NCBI GenBank assembly: GCA_002269645.1
Contig: NIVC01000906.1
Span: 124,001 to 188,000 of the forward strand
Direction: 5' to 3'
DNA length: 64,000 nt
DNA from: Macrostomum lignano
Taxonomy: Eukaryota
In this document: positions 1 through 13,700 of the stretch, one piece after another
Layout of the letters: each line of letters begins with the position of its first letter
How positions within the stretch are numbered: position 1 is the first letter of the stretch
Notes under the pieces: generated by a model
The model's database searches: none
The model's input: the letters and a program-made list of their open reading frames with translations, nothing else
Told to the model about the DNA's origin: nothing
Made by a program: the position numbers and the translations under genes

Positions 1-1789
1 AATCAGCTGGACCATGCAAGCTGTTAGCGCCAAGCATCGAGCGTCGTTTTGGTACAGGCGCTGCCTGCTGCTGCTGCAACTGGGCGGATAATCTTGGCCT
101 TGGAGTAGGTGTTGGCGATGCCGAACGACCTTCTTCGCTGTCGTCGCCCACCAGTAGAGACCGAGGCGGTGGAGGTCGCGGCGGTGGCTGCTGCTGAGCG
201 CCGGTGGTGGCGGTGGCTTTCGAGTCTCGACGACTGCTGTTTAGTTCGGCCCGACAGGCGACATCCTCGGCTAGGCGCAGGTGCTCAGGGGAGCCAAACG
301 ACTGCAGCAGTTCCACAACGGTCCTGCCTGAGCAGTCCCTGGCAGCTGGGTTGGCTCCGGCCGACAGCAGCAACTGTACAGTGGAATGCCGAAGTCCAGC
401 GCAAGCCGCGTGCAGCGCCGTGCCGCCTACCGACGCACTGCCGTCGCCGCAGCCGCTCCTAGCGTTGACGCGAAATCCGGCCTCAAGTAGCTGCTGTACA
501 ACATTGGCGTGACCGCCGCGTGCGGCCTCCTCCAGAGGTGAGCAATCGGTGAAGCTGACCACTTCGGTTAGGAAGCCGCGACAGGCCGGCAGCAGAACGG
601 CCACTGTGTCCGAGTGACCGCCCGAGCAGGCCAGGTCAAAGGCGGTCTGACCGGCAGCGTTGGTAACCAGTGGGCTGGCCTGGAATTGGCAGATCGAGAT
701 AATCTCTAATCTGCTGTAACTGGATTTGCAGGCTTAAGTATCTTCCATTTCGTTTTTCAAGTCTAACCCCTACCTCTCTTTAGAATCCCCTTTCTAATAT
801 CCACAGTCTCTTCCCATCTCCTAATCCTCTCCATAGTCTCTTTTTCATCTCTTAATCTTCTCCATAGCCTCTTCTTCATCTCTTAATCCTCTCCCCCTAG
901 TCTCTTCCCAATCTCATAATCCTCTCCCCCCTAGTCTCTTCCCCATCTCTTAATCCTATCCATATTCTCTTCCCTATCTCCTAATCCTCCCCCTAGTCTC
1001 TTCCCCATCTCCTAATCCTCCCCCTAGTCTCTTCCTCATCTCTTTATCCTCCCCCTAGTCTCTTCCCCATCTTCTAATCCTCCCCCTAGTCTCTTCCCCA
1101 TCTCCTAATCCTCCCCCTAGTCTCTTCCTCATCTCCTAATCCTCCCCCTAGTCTCTTCCTCATCTCTTTATCCTCCCCCTAGTCTCTTCCCCATCTCCTA
1201 ATCCTCCCCCTAGTCTCTTCCTCATCTCTTTATCCTCCCCCTAGTCTCTTCCCCATCTCCTAATCCTCCCCCTAGTCTCTTCCCCATCTCCTAATCCTCC
1301 CCCTAGTCTCTTCCCCATCTCCTAATCCTCTCCCTAGTCTCTTCCCCATCTCCAAGCCTCACTCACATTGCACCGAAGCAGATAGGCGGCAATATCTGAC
1401 AGATTCCGCTGGCAGGCAACGTGCAGAGGAGTGGCGCCATTATTAGACTCGCTAGTAGCGGCCATAGACACCAGCTGAGACTTCTGCTTTGAGTCCTCGG
1501 TGAGCAGGTAGGCCACCATCTCGGAGTTGGCATTCCAAACGGCGTAGTGCAGCGCTGTGCAACCGGTCTCGTCACGTGAGTACAGATTGGCGCCGGCGTC
1601 CACCAGAGCTTTGACGCAGATGCTGCATGCGCGATGCGGTAGGATAGAGAGCATGGCGATTTAGGAATGTTTTAACAGGAGGATAAAAAACCCAATAATA
1701 CTCACAGGTGATTGTGCCTGGCAGCCAGTAGTAAGCCAGTTCTCTTTCCATCCTCCGCTGAGTCTAAGATGTTGCCAGATAATTTCTGC
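1..1789 (-). CDS. Ankyrin-repeat protein, Caskin/ANKS1-like, partial (exons 1789-1706, 1622-1367, 679-<1)
   Basis: Hand-spliced with GT-AG sites and matching phases (CT|C; AAT|GCC): ...KRTGLLLAARHNHL-ICVKALVDAGANLYSRDETGCTALHYAVWN...GATPLHVACQRN..LLRCN-ASPLVTNAAGQTAFDLACSGGH...SPLEEAARGGH...GTALHAACAG...GANPAARDCSGRTVVELL, followed by a Pro/Gln-rich tail open to base 1. The repeat spacing resembles the Caskin/ANKS1 N-terminus (from memory). The 5' exons were not found. Confidence 0.85.
800..1350. repeat. Intronic minisatellite, ~31-bp unit (ctaatcctccccctagtctcttccccatctc)
   Basis: Period 31 (1260 to 1291). It fills most of intron 680-1366 and decays toward the acceptor. Confidence 0.9.
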
Positions 1790-2534
1790 CTAAAATGATG
1801 TCGGGTATGTTCTATTATAAATTATATTTTAAAGCTACGATCAATAGGAACATTTCAGGCCTAAGATAAAGCTTACAGTTTGTAATGATAACTTGACAGA
1901 GCATCTAGTTTAATCATTTTTTAGCCATGACTGTGATTTTCATGTGACTTATTATACTGTGGAAATGGTCCTAGTTTTCTTAAAAGAAGTTGTGTAATTT
2001 TTTTTTCATAAAACTACAAATATGACTTATATCTTATATAGAACAAACTCTATGATATATAATTAAATGTAATCATACTTGTAATTTTAGCCTTGATATT
2101 TGAATAGTTATGCCATAATATATGATTTGTAAAAGCTAAAAACCAAATAAATATGTCTTAATATACATATTCCAAGAGTTAAAATAGAACAAATAATCTT
2201 GCAAGTTTGAACTCTTTATCCAAGTCTAAGAGCACATTCACATATTTTTACTTTATTTTGTTTTAATGTGTATATTTTGTATATAATGTAATATATGTAT
2301 ATAATATGAGAATCATTTTCATGATTACAATTATATTCATGTATAACAAAAATGAAATCACAAAATGTTATGCTTGTGCACAATAAAGGTATTTATCCAA
2401 TCTCTAGTTTTCTTGTTGTTTTATTGTTACAATATTATGTTTCTATATCATTATAATGCAAAATTTATTGGTTAGAATTTGAATTTATTCCTAATGTAAC
2501 TTAATCTTGGTTTTTGTGCGAATGGGTGAGTATA

Positions 2535-3000
2535 GCATCCTGGTCTTAAAAATTGCACCCTGAAATTTGACTCAGGATGCAAAAAGTGCACCAGAATCTT
2601 TTGCAAGGATGTGATGCAGATTTTACAATTTAGTGATATGGACGTTGAGTAGTGTTATGTTAGACCAGTTTTTGTCTGCAGCAGTGCAGCGCATCCTGGT
2701 CTTGAAAATTGCACCCTGAAATCTAGCATAGGGTGCAAAATCGCACCCAAGTTATGGACTAAAAAAATCTAATTAAAGTTACTGTTGTAATCAGGGTTTT
2801 CTTTTTCACCAGAAACAAGGTGCAAAATTGCACCCTATGCTCACTTTCATGGTGCAATTTTAAGGCTCAAAGTGCAATTTCTCTTTTTTCTAATTTTAAG
2901 GCAGTGCGAATGAGGCTTTAAAGAAAAAATAGGTTATGAGACTGCACCTACACTGCACCTACATTTCAATTTTAGGGTGCAATTTTAAAATCTAAGGTGC
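2535..3000. mobile_element. MITE-like palindromic element with nested inverted AAATTGCACCC motifs
   Basis: 2535-2570 gcatcctggtcttaaaaattgcaccctgaaatttga is an imperfect inverted match to 2965-3000. There is an inner inverted pair at about 2711-2750 and 2818-2860. No clear TSD. Confidence 0.55.
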
Positions 3001-4420
3001 ATATGCACACTCTTACGAACAAAAATAAACTAAGGTTGTAATTAAATTTTACTACTAATTTAAACTTAAAGCTGTTTATTATATAATACAAATACTTATG
3101 TCTATAATATGCCTTATATGAATTGTACTTCATATTCATTTATTTGTTGCTACATGTGAACTATATAAATATATAAAAGTATATATAGATAATATGGGGT
3201 AAATATGCTTTTTAATATAAGGAAATATCAAAATGGCAATGAAATTTTAGCATGGCGTTTTTCTTTTGTAACAATTGTATAAGTTTTATTGTTGCGCACA
3301 TCTTGGTATTTTTATACAAAAACTGAATAGAACACTAACTAGAAATATTATCACTTTTTTGTTTAGATCTTTGTACAAGAATTTGGCCAGCTAACAAGCT
3401 GTGACAACCGCTGGACACTCCTGGAGATATGGATGTCATATTTGGCAATCACAACTCATCTGGACAACTCAGTGCTGCAGCCCTTGTTTCATAGAATTAA
3501 TTGTTAGAAAGTCAAAGTCAAAAAAACTCTTGTGGAATGACCCATATAAACAAATTTATTATTTCTTAATAATTTAAGAATAAAAAACATTTAAAAAATG
3601 TATAAATTGTTTATAATACAATATATTCATATAAATCTTTATATAAAATGACATTATAATAGTGTGACTATAGAGACTGCATAAAAATGTGCAAATTACT
3701 GACATTTCTTGACTACTTGACATAAGCACCAAGTCTCAACTCAATACTCGGCTTGACCAAAAATCTGTGTTTGTTTAGCCTCTAGCACATGCACTTATAA
3801 TAGAGGTAATATTGCCAGCTTTGGTTTATAATCATTTTAGTGGAGTGCATATGTGGAAATGATTATAAACTAAAGTTGAGGGAAGGGTAAGGGGTGCAAA
3901 GGTGAGGGAGGATTTTGATGCCCTTGATCTAGAATAAGCAGCAGTTTTCTGTGACAATTTGTCATATTTGACACATGTTTTGCAGCCAGCTTTGGTTATT
4001 AAAAAATGAATATTTGGATGATTGCAACCTGAATGTGATATACTAGCTACAACAATCTTACCATCTTTTGAAATAAATAAAGTTAGTTTGCCAACTTTTG
4101 ATTTCTTTTCTTTTGAAACCATAATTGGTTTTTATGTCTTAGAATACAATTATTTTAAATGGTGATGGTCACTCTGAGATAATTGTAAACTGAAAGAATG
4201 CCAAAATAAGAATAGTATAGCTCTAATAATCTTTATAAATGCTAAATAGTTGATTAAATAGCTGTTACTTATACTATACCTTGTTGCCAGATTGACTAGG
4301 CCTATCACCAAATTGACAATTGCTGGATTATCTTGTTGCTGGATTGACTGGATACCCTAAGCCACTTTCCTGACTATACTAATACCATTTGGTACATACA
4401 TGCGCAACCTTGGGAATACC

Positions 4421-4439
4421 CTGGCCATTTTCTATTGGC

Positions 4440-4488
<49 letters not shown>

Positions 4489-4573
4489 GTTGCTATTGAC
4501 TGAGAGCAGTCACGTGACTATTATTCTGTCCAATAGCAACTTATATGTGTATATTTCCAATAGAAATGGCTAG
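4421..4573. mobile_element. Small hairpin/MITE with a (CA)n expansion in one arm
   Basis: ctggccattttctattgg / ccaatagaaatggctag termini, inner gttgctattg / caatagcaac, and a central agtcacgtgact palindrome. (CA)~20 lies at 4442-4482. Confidence 0.55.
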
Positions 4574-4673
4574 GTGAATCCCTAGGTTGCACCCAAGCAT
4601 GATTTGGTAACCTTTTTACAAATAAACAAAAACAAATTATTAAAAATTAAAATTATTAAAATTATTAAAAACA

Positions 4674-5440
4674 ACCAGGGCAAGACTCGTGTCCTCAGCA
4701 GCTCCTGGTACGTTGCCGAGTTAATTTTCACACCAGCCTTGATGAAGATTGGTGGGCACTTTTGGCCATCAGACGTTATGACGCCCGGAACCATCACCGA
4801 GGCAAGGTGCTTGTAATGTTGAATCACTCAAACATTGCTTGGGATCTATAACACTGGCCCAGAGACGATGCAGCAATCATTTCTCTTGTTGACAACAACA
4901 TCAATGGTGAACAGCTTCTTGTCTAAGAAGACATGCACAAGTCCACCATGGGATTTCACCTAGTCTAGCAGACCTCTGGCCCTCTTTGCATGACAGCACT
5001 TCTGGTTGGCAGACACACGTGCCAGGCAACAATAGCCCTACTGTGCATGCCTAGGTCATCTTTGATGAGTTTCCTCATTGTGGACTCAGCCATGCTAAAG
5101 TTACGTGCCAGTTGCCAAATGCTCCTCTTGGGATTTTGACAAATCCGTTGTTTAATGGCTCGAATCGTGGTAGCAGTGCGAGATGTGCAAGAGCGCCCAT
5201 TGCCATGCCAAGCTTTTGTGTCCCTAGTCTTGTTAAGGAGCTTTTTGGTTTGGTAGACTCGCATTCTAGAAATTGAAGCTGTCTTGCAATTGATGCTGGC
5301 TTCTCATCTGCACGAAGCTTTTCAACTATCTTTTTTTGAATCTCCTCATACTTGGCCATTTTAAGATCAAATGGAATCAAATTTTGTATACAAACTTTAG
5401 ACTTTCTAAAGTCACTTGTGTCAGAATTTATAGGCCCCAA
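4674..5440 (-). pseudogene. Tc1/mariner-superfamily transposase remnant (maT-like), frameshifted and 3'-truncated
   Basis: ATG at 5359 (MAKYEEIQKKIVE..ASIARQL, HTH), then NPKRSIWQLARNFSMAESTMRKLIKDDLG, VFLDKKLFT (cf. FSDEK) and ASVMVPGVITSDGQKCPPIFIKAGVKINSATYQELL..VLPW. It has stops and frameshifts and breaks off into AT-rich DNA before the rest of the catalytic triad. Confidence 0.8.
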
Positions 5441-6690
5441 AAACAAAAAAAAACAAAAAACAGTAAGTGTAACATTTCAATGCGCGCGCTTGGTATATCA
5501 TTCATATAATGAAAATTTTGGTCACTTTGTCAACAAGCAAATAGGAAGGACCTAGGGTAAGATCTCATCAACCGAACAAGGGATCTTCAAAACCGAACAT
5601 GCAAGTGACTTTCGTTTTTACTGTCTCATTGGAAATATATTTAAAGAGTCTATAAAAGTGCCATATCATTTGAAAGAAAACATTCTCATCTACAAAATGA
5701 GATAAAGTTTAGACAATCTACTCAATAGATACTCGAGAAAATGAGCATTATTGATAGAAATTATTAAAGAAATACGCGTTTCAGAGTTTTTTCTTGATTT
5801 GGGATGTCTGCAGAAGAATTGGTCTACAGACCACAATTTTTAACTTACATTCAAAACAAAATACTTTTTGAATTCAGTGTTAAATTTTCTACAAAGTAAT
5901 ATAACACACATACCAATCTGATGTATAGTTAAGCAAAAAATTCTAGTGTTCGGTTGATGATACCAAATTACATGTTCGGTTCGGTTTTCAGATTTCAGAA
6001 TCATCAACCGAACAGAAGAATCTTCAAAACCGAACGAACAAAAATTGTCCAAAAAAACTTATTTCTCGCTTGATTCTTCTACCTTACATTGAATAAGATC
6101 TTTTTTTTAAAAGAACAACTCATTTAAGCCACGTAATTGCAAATATTTTTTGCTTAAAAATGTACCAATTTTAATGCAAAATACATAGGAGGATTTTTCC
6201 ATTTTGACAAAATATTCCTATTAAATGCTTTTATTTCTACTAACAGTAGCTAAAAGCGACATATAATTCCATATACATTTTCTTTTAAGAATTCTGCAAC
6301 ATAGAAAAGAAGATCGAATCAACAAGACAGGCCAAGATAGGCGCGGCCTACTAGGCCTAATGGTTGCCGCTTTACTGTATAATTGAAGAGTAAAAGGCCT
6401 AGTAAACGTCTAATTTAATTTAATTGTAAATAAGTACAATTACGAGTATTGTAACTGTAAGTAATACGAGCAAAGCCAAAGGCACAATATAAAATTTAAT
6501 AATATGACTACAATAATATACATTTAGTAAAACCCTTATTAGAAAAGAAACAGATATATGCTAGGCTATAGGCCTAGGCCCTATCAGAACGGGGAAATTT
6601 CAAAGATCTGACAAATTATATGATGGTAGGACGGAGAACTATACAAGGCGGTGAAGAGTCGCCTACTCCCAGATATATTAATAGACAAAT

Positions 6691-9600
6691 GCAGAGAGGC
6701 GCCCTTAATACATGTAGATTGATGGACAGAAGCAGTTAGAGAGGCGCCCTTCATACATGTAGATTGATGGACAGAAGCAGTTAGAGAGGCGCCCTTCATA
6801 CATGTAGATTGATGGACAGAAACAGTTAGAGAGGCGCCCTTCATACATGTAGATTGATGGACAGAAGCAGTTAGAGAGCGCCCTTGATCCAAGTAGATTG
6901 ATAGACAGAAGCAGTTAGAGAGGCGCCATTCATACATGTAGATTGATAGACAGAAGCAGTTAGAGAGGCGCCCTTCATACATGTAGATTGATAGACAGAA
7001 GCAGTTAGAGAGGCGCCCTTCATACATGTAGATTGATAGACAGAAGCAGTTAGAGAGGCGCCCTTCATACATGTAGATTGATAGACAGAAGCAGTTAGAG
7101 AGGCGCCCTTCATACATGTAGATTGATGGACAGAATTCGCAGTTAGAGAGGCGCCATTCATACATGTAGATTGATGGACAGAAGCAGTTAGAGAGGCGCC
7201 CTTCATACATGTAGATTGATAGACAGAAGCAGTTAGAGAGGCGCCCTTCATACATGTAGATTGATAGACAGAAACAGTTAAAGAGGCGCCCTTCATACAA
7301 GTAGATTGATAGACAGAAGCAGTTAGAGAGGCGCCCTTCATACATGTAGATTGATGGAAAGAATTCGCAGTTAGAGAGGCGCCCTTCATACAAGTAGATT
7401 GATGGACAGAATTCGCAGTTAGAGAGGCGCCATTCATACATGTAGATTGATGGACAGAAGCAGTTAGAGAGGCGCCCTTCATACATGTAGATTGATGGAC
7501 AGAAGCAGTTAGAGAGGCGCCCTTCATACATGTAGATTGATAGACAGAAGCAGTTAGAGAGGCGCCCTTCATACATGTAGATTGATAGACAGAAGCAGTT
7601 AGAGAGGCGCCATTCATACATGTAGATTGATAGACAGAAGCAGTTAGAGAGGCGCCCTTCATACAAGTAGATTGATGGACAGAATTCGCAGTTAGAGAGG
7701 CGCCATTCATACATGTAGATTGATGGACAGAATTCGCAGTTAGAGAGGCGCCCTTCATACATGTAGATTGATGGACAGAAGCAGTTAGAGAGGCGCCCTT
7801 CATACATGTAGATTGATGGACAGAAGCAGTTAGAGAGGCGCCCTTCATACATGTAGATTGATAGACAGAAGCAGTTAGAGAGGCGCCCTTCATACATGTA
7901 GATTGATGGACAGAATTCGCAGTTAGAGAGGCGCCCTTCATACATGTAGATTGATGGACAGAAGCAGTTAGAGAGGCGCCCTTCATACAAGTAGATTGAT
8001 GGACAGAAGCAGTTAGAGAGGCGCCCTTCATACATGTAGATTGATGGACGGAAGCAGTTAGAGAGGCGCCCTTCATACATGTAGATTGATGGACAGAAGC
8101 AGTTAGAGAGGCGCCCTTGATCCAAGTAGATTGATAGACAAAAGCAGTTAGAGAGGCGCCCTTCATACATGTAGATTGATGGACAGAAGCAGTTAGAGAG
8201 GCGCCCTTCATACATGTAGATTGATAGACAGAAGCAGTTAGAGAGGCGCCCTTCATACATGTAGATTGATGGACAGAATTCGCAGTTAGAGAGGCGCCCT
8301 TCATACATGTAGATTGATAGACAGAAGCAGTTAGAGAGGCGCCCTTCATACATGTAGATTGATGGACAGAAGCAGTTAGAGAGGCGCCCTTGATCCAAGT
8401 AGATTGATAGACAGAAGCAGTTAGAGAGGCGCCCTTGATCCAAGTAGATTGATAGACAGAAGCAGTTAGAGAGGCGCCCTTCATACATGTAGATTGATGG
8501 ACAGAAGCAGTTAGAGAGCGCCCTTGATCCAAGTAGATTGATAGACAGAAGCAGTTAGAGAGGCGCCATTCATACATGTAGATTGATAGACAGAAGCAGT
8601 TAGAGAGGCGCCCTTGATCCAAGTAGATTGATAGACAGAAGCAGTTAGAGAGGCGCCCTTGATCCAAGTAGATTGATAGACAGAAGCAGTTAGAGAGGCG
8701 CCCTTCATACATGTAGATTGATGGACAGAAGCAGTTAGAGAGGCGCCCTTCATACATGTAGATTGATGGACAGAAGCAGTTAGAGAGGCGCCCTTCATAC
8801 ATGTAGATTGATGGACAGAAGCAGTTAGAGAGGCGCCTTTCATACATGTAGATTGATGGACAGAAGCAGTTAGAGAGGCGCCCTTCATACATGTAGATTG
8901 ATGGACAGAAGCAGTTAGAGAGGCGCCCTTCATACATGTAGATTGATGGACAGAAGCAGTTAGAGAGGCGCCCTTCATACATGTAGATTGATAGACAGAA
9001 GCAGTTAGAGAGGCGCCCTTGATCCAAGTAGATTGATAGACAGAAGCAGTTAGAGAGGCGCCCTTGATCCAAGTAGATTGATAGACAGAAGCAGTTAGAG
9101 AGGCGCCCTTCATACAAGTAGATTGATGGACAGAATTCGCAGTTAGAGAGGCGCCCTTCATACATGTAGATTGATGGACAGAAGCAGTTAGAGAGGCGCC
9201 CTTGATCCAAGTAGATTGATAGACAGAAGCAGTTAGAGAGGCGCCCTTGATCCAAGTAGATTGATAGACAGAAGCAGTTAGAGAGGCGCCCTTGATCCAA
9301 GTAGATTGATAGACAGAAGCAGTTAGAGAGGCGCCCTTGATCCAAGTAGATTGATAGACAGAAGCAGTTAGAGAGGCGCCCTTCATACATGTAGATTGAT
9401 GGACAGATGCAGTTAGAGAGGCGCCCTTCATACATGTAGATTGATGGACAGAAGCAGTTAGAGAGGCGCCCTTGATCCAAGTAGATTGATAGACAGAAGC
9501 AGTTAGAGAGGCGCCCTTGATCCAAGTAGATTGATAGACAGAAGCAGTTAGAGAGGCACCCTTGATCCAAGTAGATTGATAGACAGAAGCAGTTAGAGAG

Positions 9601-9812
9601 GCGCCCTTGATCCAAGTAGATTGATAGACAGAAGCAGTTAGAGAGGCACCCTTGATCCAAGTAGATTGATAGACAGAAGCAGTTAGAGAGGCACCCTTGA
9701 TCCAAGTAGATTGATAGACAGAAGCAGTTAGAGAGGCGCCCTTGATCCAAGTAGATTGATAGACAGAAGCAGTTAGAGAGGCACCCTTGATCCAAGTAGA
9801 TTGATAGACAGA
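6691..9812. repeat. 45-bp minisatellite, ~69 copies (gcagttagagaggcgcccttcatacatgtagattgatggacagaa)
   Basis: Period 45, with 48-bp (+ttc) and two 44-bp variants. There are two subtypes (catacatg / gatccaag), the second enriched on the right. It explains the 634, 974 and 306 aa ORFs. Confidence 0.97.
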
Positions 9813-10198
9813 CTCCCTGTAAGCCTGTTTTTTGAAAATTGAATGGAAAATAGGTTGATATTATTGTAAAAGTTTAATGTACTTTACCTTAAAAGCTGGT
9901 TAAAAAATGATAACAAGACTTGGATAAATACTCAGGGCCTAGCCTTCTTAGAGCTAGCCTATGCCTAGTTTTAAAGCTGGCCTGTAGTGAGGAAATACTA
10001 GGCCTACCAATGTAAGAGTCAGCCTACTTGAGCTGTGGGATTTCAAACCAGCCAATAGGAACCAGACCGCGAATTTTTACTCTTGGATGACTAACGCGAA
10101 TTCTCACATTCACATGCCACAGCCAGGCTCCATATCCTTATTTTTGCGCAGAACTAGGACCATTGCGCGTACGTCGGCCTAGGCCTCATCAATACAAC

Positions 10199-10474
10199 CA
10201 GTGGCGGCGCCAAGTTGGGGGGCAGAGAGGGCTGCTGCCCCGGGTGACCACCCTCCTAAGACCACCCTACCATCCTTCCGTGGGGTGACCCACCATTAGT
10301 TTTTTAGCGCTCGTTGTATGCGTTTTTGTGAGATTATAGCGTATACTCTAATTTTAAAAATTCGCTGAGGGAGGGGTTTGAAAACCCAACCACCGCCCCT
10401 CCCCCCTTAATCCACAGAATTTACCTTAATCAGCATCGCCGCCACTGCGCACCGCCAAGGCTGCACCGCCACTA
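10199..10474. mobile_element. hAT-type MITE
   Basis: Termini CAGTGGCGGCGC / GCACCGCCACTA. The flanks AATACAAC (10191-10198) and AATAGAAC (10475-10482) match at 7/8, consistent with an 8-bp TSD. Confidence 0.7.
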
Positions 10475-10797
10475 AATAGAACCAACATTAATGGGCATAT
10501 CGAAAGAAAATATACATTTGGCCTATCGGAAATTTCAGTCACTAGGGCCTAAAGCAAAACGTAGGCCTATAGTACTCGTATAGGCCTAAAACACCTTGTT
10601 TAAAGATTAGTAATTGAAGATACATATCTACATAACTTAATAAACTCTAATTTGTACCTAAACTCCTAATTTTCTCCGAGAACTCATCCTAGATTTATGG
10701 CTATCAATTACTAACTACCGTAATTAGCCCTAATTGGTTGTTCTGGTCAATTACGCGAAAGAGCGAAAGAGCGAAATGGTTTCTGTATTTTAAAGTT

Positions 10798-13700
10798 AAA
10801 ATGCTGAGCTAGGCCAAACTCAGCTCATTCTGAATTCATGATAGACTCAGGTGCTGGGATACACAGAGACAGTTAGAGAAGGAATCAGCCGGTTTGATGA
10901 AGATTATAGCGGCTCTCAAGTCCTCTCTGTGTTTGAGTGAAAATGCTGAGCTAGGCCAAACTCAGCTCATTCTGAATTCATGATAGACTCAGGTGCTGGG
11001 ATACACAGAGACAGTTAGAGAAGGAATCAGCCGGTTTGATGAAGATTATAGCGGCTCTCAAGTCCTCTCTGTGTTTGAGTGAAAATGCTGAGCTAGGCCA
11101 AACTCAGCTCATTCTGAATTCATGATAGACTCAGGTGCTGGGATACACAGAGACAGTTAGAGAAGGAATCAGCCGGTTTGATGAAGATTATAGCGGCTCT
11201 CAAGTCCTCTCTGTGTTTGAGTGAAAATGCTGAGCTAGGCCAAACTCAGCTCATTCTGAATTCATGATAGACTCAGGTGCTGGGATACACAGAGACAGTT
11301 AGAGAAGGAATCAGCCGGTTTGATGAAGATTATAGCGGCTCTCAAGTCCTCTCTGTGTTTGAGTGAAAATGCTGAGCTAGGCCAAACTCAGCTCATTCTG
11401 AATTCATGATAGACTCAGGTGCTGGGATACACAGAGACAGTTAGAGAAGGAATCAGCCGGTTTGATGAAGATTATAGCGGCTCTCAAGTCCTCTCTGTGT
11501 TTGAGTGAAAATGCTGAGCTAGGCCAAACTCAGCTCATTCTGAATTCATGATAGACTCAGGTGCTGGGATACACAGAGACAGTTAGAGAAGGAATCAGCC
11601 GGTTTGATGAAGATTATAGCGGCTCTCAAGTCCTCTCTGTGTTTGAGTGAAAATGCTGAGCTAGGCCAAACTCAGCTCATTCTGAATTCATGATAGACTC
11701 AGGTGCTGGGATACACAGAGACAGTTAGAGAAGGAATCAGCCGGTTTGATGAAGATTATAGCGGCTCTCAAGTCCTCTCTGTGTTTGAGTGAAAATGCTG
11801 AGCTAGGCCAAACTCAGCTCATTCTGAATTCATGATAGACTCAGGTGCTGGGATACACAGAGACAGTTAGAGAAGGAATCAGCCGGTTTGATGAAGATTA
11901 TAGCGGCTCTCAAGTCCTCTCTGTGTTTGAGTGAAAATGCTGAGCTAGGCCAAACTCAGCTCATTCTGAATTCATGATAGACTCAGGTGCTGGGATACAC
12001 AGAGACAGTTAGAGAAGGAATCAGCCGGTTTGATGAAGATTATAGCGGCTCTCAAGTCCTCTCTGTGTTTGAGTGAAAATGCTGAGCTAGGCCAAACTCA
12101 GCTCATTCTGAATTCATGATAGACTCAGGTGCTGGGATACACAGAGACAGTTAGAGAAGGAATCAGCCGGTTTGATGAAGATTATAGCGGCTCTCAAGTC
12201 CTCTCTGTGTTTGAGTGAAAATGCTGAGCTAGGCCAAACTCAGCTCATTCTGAATTCATGATAGACTCAGGTGCTGGGATACACAGAGACAGTTAGAGAA
12301 GGAATCAGCCGGTTTGATGAAGATTATAGCGGCTCTCAAGTCCTCTCTGTGTTTGAGTGAAAATGCTGAGCTAGGCCAAACTCAGCTCATTCTGAATTCA
12401 TGATAGACTCAGGTGCTGGGATACACAGAGACAGTTAGAGAAGGAATCAGCCGGTTTGATGAAGATTATAGCGGCTCTCAAGTCCTCTCTGTGTTTGAGT
12501 GAAAATGCTGAGCTAGGCCAAACTCAGCTCATTCTGAATTCATGATAGACTCAGGTGCTGGGATACACAGAGACAGTTAGAGAAGGAATCAGCCGGTTTG
12601 ATGAAGATTATAGCGGCTCTCAAGTCCTCTCTGTGTTTGAGTGAAAATGCTGAGCTAGGCCAAACTCAGCTCATTCTGAATTCATGATAGACTCAGGTGC
12701 TGGGATACACAGAGACAGTTAGAGAAGGAATCAGCCGGTTTGATGAAGATTATAGCGGCTCTCAAGTCCTCTCTGTGTTTGAGTGAAAATGCTGAGCTAG
12801 GCCAAACTCAGCTCATTCTGAATTCATGATAGACTCAGGTGCTGGGATACACAGAGACAGTTAGAGAAGGAATCAGCCGGTTTGATGAAGATTATAGCGG
12901 CTCTCAAGTCCTCTCTGTGTTTGAGTGAAAATGCTGAGCTAGGCCAAACTCAGCTCATTCTGAATTCATGATAGACTCAGGTGCTGGGATACACAGAGAC
13001 AGTTAGAGAAGGAATCAGCCGGTTTGATGAAGATTATAGCGGCTCTCAAGTCCTCTCTGTGTTTGAGTGAAAATGCTGAGCTAGGCCAAACTCAGCTCAT
13101 TCTGAATTCATGATAGACTCAGGTGCTGGGATACACAGAGACAGTTAGAGAAGGAATCAGCCGGTTTGATGAAGATTATAGCGGCTCTCAAGTCCTCTCT
13201 GTGTTTGAGTGAAAATGCTGAGCTAGGCCAAACTCAGCTCATTCTGAATTCATGATAGACTCAGGTGCTGGGATACACAGAGACAGTTAGAGAAGGAATC
13301 AGCCGGTTTGATGAAGATTATAGCGGCTCTCAAGTCCTCTCTGTGTTTGAGTGAAAATGCTGAGCTAGGCCAAACTCAGCTCATTCTGAATTCATGATAG
13401 ACTCAGGTGCTGGGATACACAGAGACAGTTAGAGAAGGAATCAGCCGGTTTGATGAAGATTATAGCGGCTCTCAAGTCCTCTCTGTGTTTGAGTGAAAAT
13501 GCTGAGCTAGGCCAAACTCAGCTCATTCTGAATTCATGATAGACTCAGGTGCTGGGATACACAGAGACAGTTAGAGAAGGAATCAGCCGGTTTGATGAAG
13601 ATTATAGCGGCTCTCAAGTCCTCTCTGTGTTTGAGTGAAAATGCTGAGCTAGGCCAAACTCAGCTCATTCTGAATTCATGATAGACTCAGGTGCTGGGAT

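Noticed and set aside
3380-4122. Possible extra ankyrin exons or the 96 aa ORF
   Set aside because: No ankyrin motif in any frame checked. There are multiple stops, so at best this is unidentifiable decayed coding DNA.
6584-9795. 634, 974 and 306 aa Cys/Ser-rich ORFs, with a possible minus-strand acceptor at 9817
   Set aside because: They are translations of a 45-bp repeat. Two frames are open simply because the unit lacks stops, 44-bp units break the frame, and there is no credible upstream exon.
10894-10985. Hammerhead ribozyme in the 142-bp unit (TGATGA...GAAA...stem...UUC)
   Set aside because: A helix III and an NUH site can be drawn, but C3 is U, helix II does not close on the core (about 14 unpaired nt) and helix I is offset by about 6 nt. 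There is no CUGANGA on either strand.
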